A DNA stretch of 64,000 nt from Acanthaster planci (Eukaryota). Each line of letters begins with the position of its first letter. The stretch's first letter is position 1. The stretch is from positions 4,178,228 through 4,242,227 of the forward strand of contig NW_019091357.1 of NCBI RefSeq assembly GCF_001949145.1. The letters are read 5' to 3'. The notes under the pieces were generated by a model. The model saw only the letters and a program-made list of their open reading frames with translations, was not told the DNA's origin and made no database searches. Position numbers and translations under genes: made by a program. Shown here one piece after another: positions 13,342-26,343 of this stretch.

Positions 13342-13790
13342 TAGTCTGGATACCAGAACTGATGATTCTGAATACTCTTCGAATTAAGGGTCCGGTATCA
13401 CGCAATGTCCACGTGACCAAGACTGGAGGACTTCCGCCAGTTTTTCGGAAATAGCTGAAATATTCCGAAGTCCGTCTATATATTTGGCATGTTCGGATGG
13501 TACCGTTGATGTTCGGTAATTCCCGGCCGGGTAGGTCGGCTAGCTGTTGAACGTAAACTTCCGTATCCTAATGGCAGCTGTTAATCCTACAATATTTGAC
13601 TTTTATACACTGAAATCGAAGGTCGCCTTGGCCGAAATGCCAAGCGAAATGAAGAATATAACTGAATAGCCTGAAGCATGCTCTCAGTGGGGATAAACTT
13701 GCAGTATTGCCCACTGGATATAGGAAAAGCCTCATTTTTTAGATGTTGCCACAAATCGAAAACATCCGGGCTCTCAACTTCTGACCCTTG
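13342..13790 (+). mobile_element. Academ-like DNA transposon remnant carrying a RecQ-type helicase motif I pseudo-fragment
   Basis: Begins with a TAGTCTGGATACCAGA terminus-like sequence. Positions 13671-13760 translate as LKHALSGDKLAVLPTGYRKSLIF*MLPQIE, matching RecQ-family motif I (DV.AVLPTGYGKSLIFQ.LP) with G>R and Q>stop decay. The matching second terminus was not found. Confidence 0.6.
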
Positions 13791-16700
13791 ACCCTTGCGT
13801 CATATCTATCTATATCCGTGGGTGATGCCTGACCTAATGTTTTTATCAAGAGTCATCAGGGAATCTTTGGGCAAGGAACCAGACCAGACAAGAAGTTCTG
13901 CACACCAGTATTCTCCAACCACGAGAGAAGTTGAGAACTTAACACGCATAGCATTGTTCAAAAAAGGGAATTTTATATATCAGAATTTATTGCTTGTTAT
14001 ATTTAAAATGAACATCCACTCGTGTCGCACGACTTGGCCCAATGGCGAATTATGACTAGCAGTCTAATAATAATAAAAATAATAATGTTACCCATTCCTG
14101 AAACCATTCTCAGCTCCCTGGAGAGTCTGTTCTGCTTTCCACTAGTGTTCATGTGCACTCAATGAAATAAATATGAAATATCTTATGTAAAAAGGAAGCT
14201 GTGTATGTAAAAAAAAACGAGGTAGGCCTAAGTTCTTTACAAAGTGTCATCTCAGGATCTGACCCGACCCGTCAGATCCAGGGACGAATGGTTCTGAGCC
14301 CAGTGGTTCGGCGAGCTTCGCGTCACAGAAGCTCACACGTCCGAAAAACATCCAGCATTCAAGGTTCAACGTTCGACCGGTTGTTGGCACGGATATTCCT
14401 TGATAAAAAAAATTTGATACGCCACGAAGGGAGAAATCAGATATATTCATTGATTAGACGGGTGTACAGACATTCACGTCGGACATTAAGAAGTTGTGCT
14501 GTCTAACTCGGTGCCGAGAGACTTTCTTTTTCTTGAGGGTAGACCGAAATATGATTATCGAAACATGTCTGCCGGTGAGTGCTTATTCACTACAAAACTC
14601 AAACGGGTGAATACATGTTTCTGTATAAACTTCTTCACCAGATGGGTTAAGCATGACTTTTAAAAATAGGGAGAAAATTCCGACTCAGTCACTCCAGGGA
14701 CGACATTCGGTCTGGATATTTACTTCAAGAGGGCGGTGTATTCTTAGTGACCTCCGACCTTTACTGAAAGGCTCAGGCCGCCGGAAATGGCCCGATTTAA
14801 TCAACTTCAGCTCCATATGACAATTGGCCGTGACGAGTTATTTATCCCGCCAGCAAAATCATTGACAGCAGCAAGTTAATGATAAAAACAGGGGTGGGTT
14901 GCTTTCGGGAAAGCAAACTGCTAACTCTTCCAACCTGCCCCTTGCTCCTGATAATTGGAGGCATTGTTGAGCAGAGACCTGGCGAATTGAAAGCCGCATG
15001 TGGTCGATTGTTCGCCGATGGGCTTTCCAGAGTTTCGTTTCGATTTTCGGACAATGGAACTCACAGAGTCCCTAGCCAACAAAATGACTAAAACACCTCA
15101 CCTTGCACATTTTACGACCCCCCTGTGACCACGCGAAATTCGAAATTTCACCCCATATCATTTCATATGAGTTTTGGCTGAATTTCATCTGTCGTTTCAG
15201 CTGGATATACAAACGGCTCCTGTCTTCTGCTCTACGCTGGGTGAGACTGCGCAGTGTGATTTCTCATTGGCACGCCACTGCAGGGGTCCGGGGACCCGAA
15301 TGGGTCAGGTCTGAGGCAGGACAAGCATGTAAATCACAGTACCTCGAAATCTACAATTTGTTGGAATAACCTTGCCACGGATATTTTGTAGAGCAAAGCC
15401 GTTTATCACTACTTTTCAGTTGTGTTAAACAATGAGAAATATAAGCATTGTAGTATAAAGGAGTTCGTACAGACAACCGACTACGAGATTCGTGCACAGT
15501 CAAAGCCCCTCTATATGTCGACTAGAGCGAAACAATTCTTTTCTGAACACAGTAATTTCAAAACTAAATGCTTTCTTAACGCATCTGGCATAATCTTTAC
15601 ACAAATATTACGCCAGATGAACGGAAAAGACCTGCAACAGGTGGACAGGGGAACAAATTATGCAGTGTTACACAAGAACTTGAATGGGAGAAACTACGGC
15701 ATTTCACGGACGCTGAGGGTCAAAATAATCAAATGAACCAAAGTTAACCTTAAACAACAAATTTCATAAATTGTCAAATAGCCTGGAAAATGTAAGTACG
15801 TTTTGACTTGATTAATTCGCTGCTTGTTAACTCTGATTTTACGACTACCTTGTACAAAATGTCGGAAGGGGTACTGTGTTCCTCCGTATAATACATTCTT
15901 GTGTGCAGAGAGCAAAGTTCTTTGGTTCTATCTGCTCCTGAGGGGAATTAATTTGTGAAGTACGTCCTTTTCAACGTACCGGTAACACTTTTATACGTGA
16001 TAACAGTGCTCAACTAGAGGAATGGGAGATAGATGAAATAAGACAGAGGCGTGGCTTAGTTTGTTTGAGGCTAATTTGATGTATATTTTCCAACCAGACT
16101 TGTGGTTCAAAAATGGGATGTAGGCGAACTCGTCATTTTATTGCTAGGTAATTCTGACACCTGCCAATAACCATACACTGTGGCGCCGCCAGACGACTAA
16201 GGGCGACAAGTAACGCCAATAATGGCTGCCGACTGCCCGAGAGTTTCCGTGGTCAGTTATTGACGACATAAAGGTCACTGCAGCCCTCTGCTACGTTGGC
16301 TCGCCCTCGCCGCCGTCGTGACTGGTCGCACGAGCGGCACGCGACAGAATTTGATTTGAGGCCCGTCTCGAGTGGCGACTGACTCCCTCCGATACTGCAA
16401 GTAAGAGAATTCCAAAGGGGTGTAGTGCGCTGTGCATCTATACGAGATTTACACACGTCGTCGAGAATCGGTGTCTGACTTAAGTGTTTGTAAAATCGAG
16501 TCAGCATATCGCCCCTAACCTTCATCAGTCGGTCTGAACAGGTTGGAGTCATTTACTTACAAGCAACCAAGTAATCAGGTCGGTATAAAGAGTGCCTATC
16601 AATCAAGGAGATTCGATTGATTATTTGAACAGATTTAAGTAAATGCCAATGGTGACTGAAGCATCACAACCGGATCTGTCCATGTCACTTTCATGCGTCA

Positions 16701-18084
16701 TATTATTTCTTGGGTAGTCACCAGTCAATAAAACAGATTCAAGTCATTGATTCAGATTCAAAATAAATTCGAACCCAAGCGAAACTGGACATGCTGAAGG
16801 CCTCTTTACACGGTGGGATTGATAAAATGAATCAGCCAATCATAAATAATCGATTCAAATGACCTGAATAGAATATCGATTATTAAGTAACACATTCACA
16901 GAACCCATGTGATGTGATCGAGGATCCGCGGGGTTCCTTTAGTTCGAACTCCCCACATGGGATGCAAGTGTTACGGCGGAGGGCGCTTCCGTTTTCCATT
17001 AAACAATGCTCTTTGCTGACTAAAAGAACAAACACTTCAAGAAAACAAAAAGTTGTCGTTGTCGGTGGAGCTTTTGGACTGTGGCAGTTAAAAGCTTTTA
17101 GAAACCCATGAACCGATAGTTGTCATTGCACGCTCGGTGCACTTGCTGCTCACCGCAACGATGCAAAAGGCATCCCGCACCGTATGAGAAAAAAATAACT
17201 TTGTCCCTCTCGCGACTACCATTATAATACCAAGGCCGCAATTGCGCCAGCGTAACTAATTCGGTATCGACGGAGGCAGTTGGAGCTTGGGTCGAACTGT
17301 GCTGCTATCTTTCGTGGCACGTGCGACCTTGGGAGATCGAAAATGCGCCGATGCGTTACAAATAGCCTCTTTCGCGGGCCTGACTGCTTCATCGTCTGCC
17401 CGTCCGAGTTTTCAACAGGAGTTGGCGACATGGCGGTTTCCTCGGACGACTATACGGTTCCGATACAGCAAATAATACCTTGCGGTCTCGTACCGGTAGC
17501 TGATTAGAACTCAATCCTCGAGTGAAAAGGCCAATATGTCACAGCTTGGAAGTACTCGAAGTACTTGAAACTTGTGTAGTATGCGAACAAGCGTCTTCAT
17601 CAGGACGCCTGTATTTTTTCTCCATGTTTACACACGGCCAGACACCACAGAAATGTCTGAACGTATACAAAATACTAAATTATTGTCAAATACAGATACT
17701 TTGTCATTCGTCAAGCTGTTTTGTCACTAAAAATAAATTAATCTGCAAAAAGCAATATGACAATGAAATTGGTAGTACGTAAACAAACCATCTCAATATC
17801 GCAGCTGTTCACCGATCGGAAAGGCGTCGCTCCGTTGAACCGAATCTACATTCTGTGCTGAGATACCAACATAATAATGAACAGCTTTTTAACGGGAATA
17901 AAAACTTGACCTCCTGAAATCTGATCTCGATCATCTCACCGAGATATAGTTGCAACCCAGCCACTGGCTTGACGAGTTGTAATCATTTTAGATGTACATT
18001 AACTTCTCGGGGTATTATAATTTAATAGTCCGCGTTCCTGACTGTAGCACATGACCCGCTATTAGAGCAACGTATTTGCATATT

Positions 18085-18644
18085 AAAAACCTGGTTTCCA
18101 TATCGACGCAAGAAACACAGGGAGCAACGCAATCAGGACGCAAACGACAACGCAGAAAGATGGGAACACGTTAGACGAAGGTGTCGCTGACAACGCAGGC
18201 AAACGCAAACCAGCCCGCGAACGATAGGCAAAGTTAAGGCCAGGTTCAGCTTTGCCGACTGTCTGCGTCGAGTACAGCCGTGGTATCGCCATACAAAAAC
18301 GCATGCTGGCATGACCGGCGTGCAACGATGTGCCTCTCGCTGAGTTCCACAAATTTTGCCCATTTTCTCCTTACATACTGCTTACTTATTACCGTCCACC
18401 CTAGTGATCGACTAAATAGATGACCGTCAATGAAATGCATGAAACTGGAGTAAAAGTTTGGCATCATGAGGCGGAACAGTCAATCTAAAAGCACATTTTC
18501 CTCCAAAAAATCACGGCGTTTCGGACGCCATTTTGTTTCAGTTTTGGTTGGAATGACGTCATGCATTGTCTCTTCCGTTCGTGTCTGCGTCGCCACGTTT
18601 TGCAGACAGTCTGTGTTACAACCGATTATGGAAAACAGGCTTTA
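18085..18644. mobile_element. Non-autonomous TIR element (PIF/Harbinger-like MITE)
   Basis: Left end aaaaacctggtttccata (18085-18102) and the reverse complement of the right end taaagcctgttttccata (18644-18627) match at 15/18. The ends are TTA/TAA-like, and there are subterminal ACGCA repeats on the left with TGCGT on the right. Confidence 0.5.
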
Positions 18645-18689
18645 GAAATAAGGACACTGACAACAAAGGATAAAGGCCAGGTTTGCAAC

Positions 18690-18900
18690 TTATGTAAACC
18701 CAGTGGTTCACCGTCAGGACTACCGTTACCTCTCCATAAAGTGGCATCAACAGGTTGTATATCTGAGAAATTGGCCTATGATGGCTGTCCTTCTGGTGTA
18801 TTTCTGTGTTTCCATACCGTAGGATGTTTTGAAGGAATCAAAGCACACGTAACTGTGCAAGTCTTGATGGAGATATCCATAACTGCTTTCATTTTTGGTG
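18690..18900 (-). mobile_element. Possible decayed CR1/L2 LINE reverse-transcriptase fragment (N-terminal RT motifs)
   Basis: Minus-strand frames give HPTVWK and IHQKDSHHRPISQIYNLL, resembling P..WK.A...PIHKK...NYRPISLL. The match is frameshifted and short. Confidence 0.35.
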
Positions 18901-21170
18901 GTGGTATTAATTATTCAGTGTGATCTTCAATTGAACAGTTTGAAGTGTTTAAAATGATTTTGTGTAGTGTGAGAGAAGAAACCTCTAAACTAATCTCTGT
19001 GATTTGGATGCTGTTAAACATCTGTGACAAGTTCAGGAATTCCTTTTTTGGCCATAGACACGGCAACAGCAAAAAATTTTACCTCTCTCGCGCGCCGGTA
19101 GCACGGCAATGCGAGGGGCCTCGCGTGCCAAAAATTGGTTGAATACGTGATGTGGATTCTTGGAATGAGACAATCGAACTGGCAGAGATACGGTTGCATA
19201 TAGTTTCTTTAACATAATCTCAACTATAGGCCTATATGCCCCATCTCCACAGCTCAAGAAAGATTCAGTGGAGGGCCGCAGGCATTTCTTGGACGAGGAA
19301 GCCGCAAAAACTCCTGCGAAGCCACGTTCTGGTCACGAGGACACCACGCAAAATAGAGATGCGCACTTTGCGTCCTTTCTCCACGGTGACGTCACCGGCT
19401 CAAGGTGGTTTTCGTTTCGGTGGCGCACAGTCATCAGACAGTAATCCCAAATAATGAGTCAGTTCACACCAAACGAGGAGTCTCGTGCACTTTCTTGATG
19501 GCGTGCGAGATCTGGTTGTTATTCCTCGGATGTTAACGACTGACGGAGTTTCAGTCTTTCAAGGGTTGGCTGTACAATCGTGAATTCTCGGTTAGGGTAT
19601 CGTGGTAAACTAATGGGTTATATGGGGGGGAATGGGTCCCGGATTCCTCTTATAGAAGCAGATGCGCGACTGATGAACTTTTTCACCCAGTGCGTGGTAA
19701 TCATCTTCACGTGTCCGGATCCTTGATCTACTGTCTGCGATCTTAAAACCCATCTGTCAATCACTTCGAAGATCTCTTATTCGAAGCACACAACCTTGAC
19801 CGAGAACGCATAGTACTCTCGACCTCTGCAGTAAGAAGCAAGGACCACGCGTGTTTTGAGCTAAGTACCGTACCAGATCTTCCTTCGAAAGGAAGCCTGA
19901 TTCCTCCATAAGGAAACCACTGATAGTGTTTTCGTCTTTTTTTCGGAGAAGGTCCGTGCGAAAAACTCGTCTCGACGACAGTTCGGTTGCGACTGCTTGC
20001 CAAAAAAAATATTTACTAACAAACGTGCGATATAGAACGTACTGCCTTCCATTGAAATTATAATCGCGTGTGACGAAAGACAGGGACGAAATTATATAAT
20101 ACACACAGCGGTAATGTTATTTGGAAGCAGGGAGGTCTCACATCAAAATCAAACTGAAGTTTTGCCACCTCACGGGAAACTTGCCGCGGACAGGCCGACC
20201 ACCCACCAGTCCAAAAAACCCATACGCGGGTGCTGGGGATTTGGCTGCGGCGACAGCAGGGTGCAGCGGGTTCGCAACATTTGACACCCGGGGGCCGGGG
20301 AAAGATCTGTCTATCACTGGAGAGGGGCGCAAAAAGGGAACTCGAACTCTTTCGACTACATACATATTGGAATCTTTTAAGGTGTGGAAAAACGGGCGAT
20401 AATTGCTTTACACACACTTGCACCTCTGTCAGCGCGGGACGTACTGGGCGGGGAAAATCAAACGGAAATGTGGCTACAGTAGTTTCATTACTGTATAATG
20501 TGAAAAGTGTTAACAGCATTGTAGATTTGTTGTTCGAGTGTCATGGGGAGCTATTATTGTTCTTTGCGGATAAACACCTAGCATGGTGGTCCTACGTCGT
20601 GGCGTAACCTATTGCACCGCAAGCTAGCAGCTTTCACATTCACTCATGACTGATGCATTGTGTTTACAATAAACACAAATCGAGCAAGTTACAACTTCAA
20701 CAATACTCTTGAAAAATAAAAAAACAAAAATCTGTCATTTTCTTTCAGTGGCTGGTTTTCAAATACATTCTTTTGGAGATAGCAAAAATAAAAATGGGAT
20801 AGCCTCAAACAGTTAAGTGATATTGGATTTCGAACAGTTCAGCTCATTCAAATCCACTTCACACTTTGTCAAATCCCTGCTCCAGGTACTTGAAATGTTT
20901 CAAATTCACAGGAGTTACCCAAAATTAAACTGTATTTAACTCATGACAACCCTACATGGGATATACAGTGAAACAGTGTTTCTCGCATACCTTTTCGAAA
21001 TATACGAAACATTCATATTTTATTGTGTAATCAAATCTCAAAGGACAGTCGTGACGAACAGTGACCTTTCGATTAGACTGTGCCGAAAGTGGCTAAATTG
21101 TAAAATTTTCTGCTTGAAGGATCACTCAATTGTGAGGTTTTTTTCTTTCTTTTTTAAATAGTGGACTCTT

Positions 21171-21360
21171 GCAAGTGACGGAAAACCTCGATTGCGTTTT
21201 GTGAAACTTTTGTTGAACTTGCGGTCAGGCCTCACGAGGCTTCACGGTCACACAGCTATGAAAGCTCTGCACATCACCACTGCACCTGCCGTTGAAGTGT
21301 GCAGCACCTGTCCAACGGGTCTGCTCGGCCTTGAACACCATCCAATTAAAAATAACTAAT
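21171..21360 (+). mobile_element. Possible decayed RTE-type LINE C-terminal fragment
   Basis: One frame reads GKPRLRF...MKALHIT...VCSTC..GLLGLEHH, reminiscent of RTE GRPRLRFKD...DMKAL.I and the terminal CxxC...GL..H. The spacing is imperfect. Confidence 0.25.
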
Positions 21361-23637
21361 TTATTTTCCACTCAGCATAATCTCACGATAACAGCACTGA
21401 CTGGAATAAAGAAGACTGATGTGTGGTGCCAGGACCGGTGACATTAATTTTTACACGAGTCACTGCTGTGGGAATAGTGATATTATACTGACCTGCAATC
21501 AATCTCATTTAGGCCTATCGCTTTTTGATCAATCAAGACGTGCGACGCACCTAAAGGCACAATACCTACACGGTACGATTACTGAATTTACGATTTGAAC
21601 ACCCCCTCCTTTCCCCGAATAATCTTATAAATAACCCTAAAGATAAATTTTAACCCTTGCTGGATGCGAAGAGGGCAAAAAGTATATGCAGTGTATCTCT
21701 CAAAGCTAGATACTCGGTATTGAACTGAGACCACATACGAAACAAGCACTGTACCAGTGCGGTACCAATAGTTTTAACCTTTTGCTTCAAATCGTGAGTG
21801 CAAGACTGAAGATAACTTTCAAGAATTGGGAGGGTCTGCACGGCGCGCACAAGCACATCTAGACATCTCGGGTGAGGGGTCATATCTGAGCAGCTAACAA
21901 GATCGAGGTAGAAGTGCTTTAATTAGGCGCGGCCCTCACAGGCTAGGGCAACGTATGCATTTCAAGACCGGTAAAATTTTCTGTCCTGGAAATCCTGCCA
22001 TTTGGTAACATAGTAAGTTCATCTTCATTCCTCAGAGGCCTCTGTTGGTTTTCAAGACAAAAGGCAAATGACACAGAACACAATGCCCTGTCTAGTTTTG
22101 GTCTGTCTGTAGTTTTCAGTAGGACTTGAGGCAATTAGATGAAACGCACACTGCCTCGACTCCAGCATGAAAATCTCAACCCATCGCTCAAACAGATCCA
22201 TACCACTGCAGCCATTATGTCTCCCACAACCTTCTGCGGTCAACCATCTTTGATGTGCATGAAGCCGCGTCCAAATGCGGTATCGAGCTATAGTGTAGCC
22301 ATGGTGGAAGGACACAGAAGGAGTTTGAACTGTCCGGGCTATAACATCTGACCAATTACCGCATTCTGTGGTATAACGTTGGTTTCTTACACTTGGTGGC
22401 GAACAGCGAAAGCCACGCTGCCACAGCAGACAACCCTGTCGTTTCAGATCTAAGGTTCTGGACACGGCTTGACATCAGCGATTCTTAAGATGATCACAGG
22501 AATGTATAATATCGGGCCGCGTTCGAATTACTCGGGTACGACAAGAAAACAAGCAAGTACATGTACATTGGGGCATTCATGAGGCCGCAAGATGGCGGCT
22601 TCAACAAGCACGTGCGTTGTTTGCAGCAGTAGTCAAGTACATCGTAATTAGGACACGGCTCACTCGCTCACTCCATCCTCTGAAAATTAAAAGAAAAACC
22701 TTGCACCAGCCAATGTCGATTGGATTAAGCAGGTGACAACCACAGGGCAAGCTCTGACTGAATAGACCTGAAACTGAGTTGCAAATGTCCCCCCCCCCTT
22801 TTTTCTTTTCATTTTAACTGACATGTATACGTATTATTATAGACGGGGTTCATCGAGCGGCCAGGGGCGGGTTGGCTTTTGAACGCATTGTTGACGCAAG
22901 ACGGACTTTCAAAACGAAAGCTGACGACTTCACGTGGTGTCGCAACACCCCAAGCAGCAACATTTTAAGCGTTGGCCCTTAAAGAGATCGATACTCTGCT
23001 GTTATGATCGACACATAAAAACAATTACACTTATTCTTAACAACGCCTTAGTTATTTTCCCGGGAGAAAATCCATCTGAATTGAAGCCCATCTTGATGAA
23101 TTTCAATATGTGTATCAAATACACATATTGAAATATTCCCAACGGCATAGGACCTGACGTACTATTCACGAAAGGCACAAACACACTCCGAAAGAGTGTT
23201 ATGCGTGACAAGAGAGCAAAATCGAAAACCGTCATTTCCATTTGTACATTTTGCTACCAATCAAACACTGGGCCCTTAATGCTTTATCCCGAAAATGTGA
23301 AGTGACATCCCATAAAAACACTCGCCTTGAGAAACCCTTACACAAGAAAGAAGTTCACTGCTATTTTGGTCTTTCAGCGATCGAATAAGCTCTTCGCACT
23401 CTCCATCTGCGAAAGGTTTTAACTTTTTCAAAAAAGAGCGCATGACGATTCACCTGCTGATTTGCATATGCAACTGGTATCAGGCGGTAACTAGAATGCT
23501 TGCGTCTGAAGCTCTGTAATAGGCCACTGTGGTGGAGGTTTATGAAAATGTGTGAAAAGATAAGGACTTCGGTTCGCAGTTGCGAGTGTCCACGGTTTTG
23601 AAAGACATAAAGAAACAAAGTGGCCTGCCCACCCTGG

Positions 23638-23715
23638 GAACGAGGTGGTCGAATGAAGCTGAGACTTCTTAACCAGTAACCCCTGGTCGTGGGTTCGAGT
23701 CTCCTCCATTGCAAG
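23638..23715 (+). mobile_element. tRNA-derived SINE head or tRNA pseudogene
   Basis: A-box-like TGGTCGAATG (23646-23655) and B-box GGTTCGAGTCT (23692-23702) at tRNA-like spacing. It does not fold into a clean cloverleaf. Confidence 0.5.
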
Positions 23716-24030
23716 TAACAGCCTTGTTAAGCACTCAGGAGGCGTAAATTTTGGAAATGCTTACAGGAAGTTGGAACGGAAAACACTGCAAAACGAAGCC
23801 ATTGATGTTCCAGTGAAGGTAGACATTCCCTTTAATCACAGTCCCCTGGGAGAGGCATCAACCGTAGCCCCGAGTGTTGTTTTCACGCCCCGATTAGCGG
23901 CGAATTGCGCGAGAGGGCGACGCAGCTGGGGTCAGAACGGGGCATCGGGTCACCGACAAAATAGCAACAGGGAGTAAAAAGGGAACCGGATTTGGACTTG
24001 AAGGGTGGGATAACGCAGAGGAACAGTTTT

Positions 24031-24054
24031 TTGTTGTTGTTGTTGTTGTTTGTT
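24031..24054. repeat. (GTT)n microsatellite
   Basis: ttgttgttgttgttgttgtttgtt. Confidence 0.9.
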
Positions 24055-24654
24055 TCTTTTCAGCGAATTCGAACATGTTTCAACATGTCTGTGGTTGATC
24101 CAACTGTTAAACGGAGAAAGTACCAGGCAGAACTCAAGCTCCGAATATTTACAAGAGGGTAGTGATTTCCCGCCGCTTGTCTCCCATAACTCGAATTGAT
24201 TGCCAGTGGGTAAATAATGTCGATTTGTCAATGTCAGGCTGGCTTGGTTTGGGATTTTAAAAGCGCCCTGTTAACGAAACGATGCGAATATATAAATATA
24301 TAAATTACATAATCATTTTGAAGCAATTTCTTGAGGGTGTGAAACAACATAACTTGATCTTCAGTCTTCAGGAAACAAGGACCCAAGTTGTATTTAGAAC
24401 GAAAACAAATAAGGTAGCATTTAGTATTACATTATATCGATTTGGGACGTACAGAGGCCATTTACTCCAAGACGCATTCACTTTTCAAATATCACTTTCA
24501 CATTTCCCACAAGGCAATACGTGAATATAAAACGTTTCGTTCTATTCTTAACTCGTATGACACACAACACTTCTCAGGCGCCCCTTTTTCGAGCTCCGCC
24601 GGGCACAACGATAGGCGGGTAGACCTCTTCGCTCTACGTGTGCACGCTCTTCAG

Positions 24655-24710
24655 ATGTACATGTACATGTACAGTACATGTACAGTCCAGTACATGTACA
24701 CGTACAGTGG
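24655..24710. repeat. Degenerate (TACATG)n microsatellite
   Basis: atgtacatgtacatgtacagtacatgtacagtccagtacatgtacacgtacagt. Confidence 0.85.
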
Positions 24711-26330
24711 CAATACCTTTGAGGGTTCACACAGCACAACCTGTGAGTTGTTACAAGCAGTGCATGTAGACCTATGCATGTAAATGTATACACTCAAAAA
24801 TGCAAAAGGCATAAAAATGACAAGGGCCCTTTTAACTTGACAAACCTTTTAGATCATAACACGAAAACGCCACTCGGTAATGCATCAAGTCCGGAAGTTG
24901 CAATAAAACACGGGCGATATATAAACCATTGAAAATCAAGCGAATGAAGCCAGAAGTCCTCTTATGGGTCAATCCAAATGCCACGTGCGTAGGAGTGGTG
25001 GTAAACTTCACTCAAGTCTGAAGTCACAGTCGATGAAGGAATCCGGCGTTCGGCACGGTTTGTTGGAGTCGCGAAAACGACTGGGTGGTAGCCAAATGTG
25101 TGTACATGTAATTGTACATGTATATTTAAGTGCAAGCACAAGCACAACAGGGTTTTCGGAAGGTCAAAGTACGCGCGAAGTGTAACTAAATCACCTTGAG
25201 AGAAGACTACGATGCAGCTATTTTCGTTCAAGTGCACTGCTCCTCAGAAAAATGGATTACCGTGAGGCAAAAGGCTCTGGGTCGCGCATGACTAAAGCAT
25301 CATAATCGCGAGACAGCAACGGAGGATGTGTCGAAATGCGCCACCTACAGAGCCGTTTCCAGTAAAATTCAGACTGAATCAGACCGGTCGGTTAAGTTAA
25401 TACAAAACGACCTTTCACATTGACAGGGGGCTATTGCTGCGCAACAAGCATGCATCTTGGGCTGTCAAAGAAAAAAAAGAGGGTTGCAAAATCGTACTTC
25501 CGTTGCCATTTCCTGTCCAAGGTTATCAGAACTATAGTGAGAGAGTGCAATGACTTTGCTCACCCACAAGCGGACCATTTTGCACGTAAAATATTTCTAT
25601 TCTTGGCCAGAGTTAACCTTACGAGTTTACGCAATCATCAGTGCTATGCATCTCTCAGCTGTGTATAGGTACAGGCGCGGATCTGGTCTTTTAGCCACAG
25701 CAAAACGCAATTTTTGGACTGCGCGCACTAAGACCTTTCTGAGGGATCACATTGTTTCTTATGTACAGTAGAAAGGTCGCCAGACCAGATGCACCCATCA
25801 ACCGCGCTACTGGTGATTGGATCAACTTATGACATTCCCATTCGTATGTTTTTTTTCTAGTCACAGAAGACTGGTAAGACAGAATACTTTTCCATCACAC
25901 ATTCCAAGAACATTCCAAGGAACTCGATTTTACACCTTTAAAAGAAACTTTTTTTGACAAGAGTATAAGAAGGGTGAATATATCAACTGCTGGCAAAGAC
26001 TCCCTGACCGGGCCATTTCGCTGCTCCAGGGAACTGGATTCAGAGACCGGATGCTGATGACCTAGCTGTACCTGACGTTAGTGGGCTAGTAAGTCAGAGC
26101 GGAGGCCATTTGGATTCTCCGAGGAGAGGCACCCGTGCAATCATTTCCGTCCGTCACCTTGATATGTATTTTCGACTACACAACTAAGCACAGATAGCCA
26201 TGCACCAAACTATACCTACCGCGGGCACCGACGTGACCCGATCGATCCCCGAAGACGCCCCGACAACGTCCTCGCTGCACGGGGCTTGCTCTTGCGACCG
26301 AGCTCAAGTACCGGAAACGCGCCACTTTCT

Positions 26331-26343
26331 TGCCCTCTGGCGG
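26331..26343 (-). promoter_or_regulatory. CTCF core motif in a GC-rich patch
   Basis: Reverse complement CCGCCAGAGGGCA fits the CCRSYAGRKGGCR core. Confidence 0.4.

Noticed and set aside
19450..20100. Minus-strand peptides faintly resembling a TIR-domain pseudogene (RICFYKRN, SRK...WCE)
   Set aside because: The matches are short, in different frames and wrongly spaced. They are not supportable without a profile search.
23638..23715. Functional tRNA gene
   Set aside because: A and B boxes are present, but the acceptor and anticodon stems do not pair properly. Treated as a SINE head or pseudogene.
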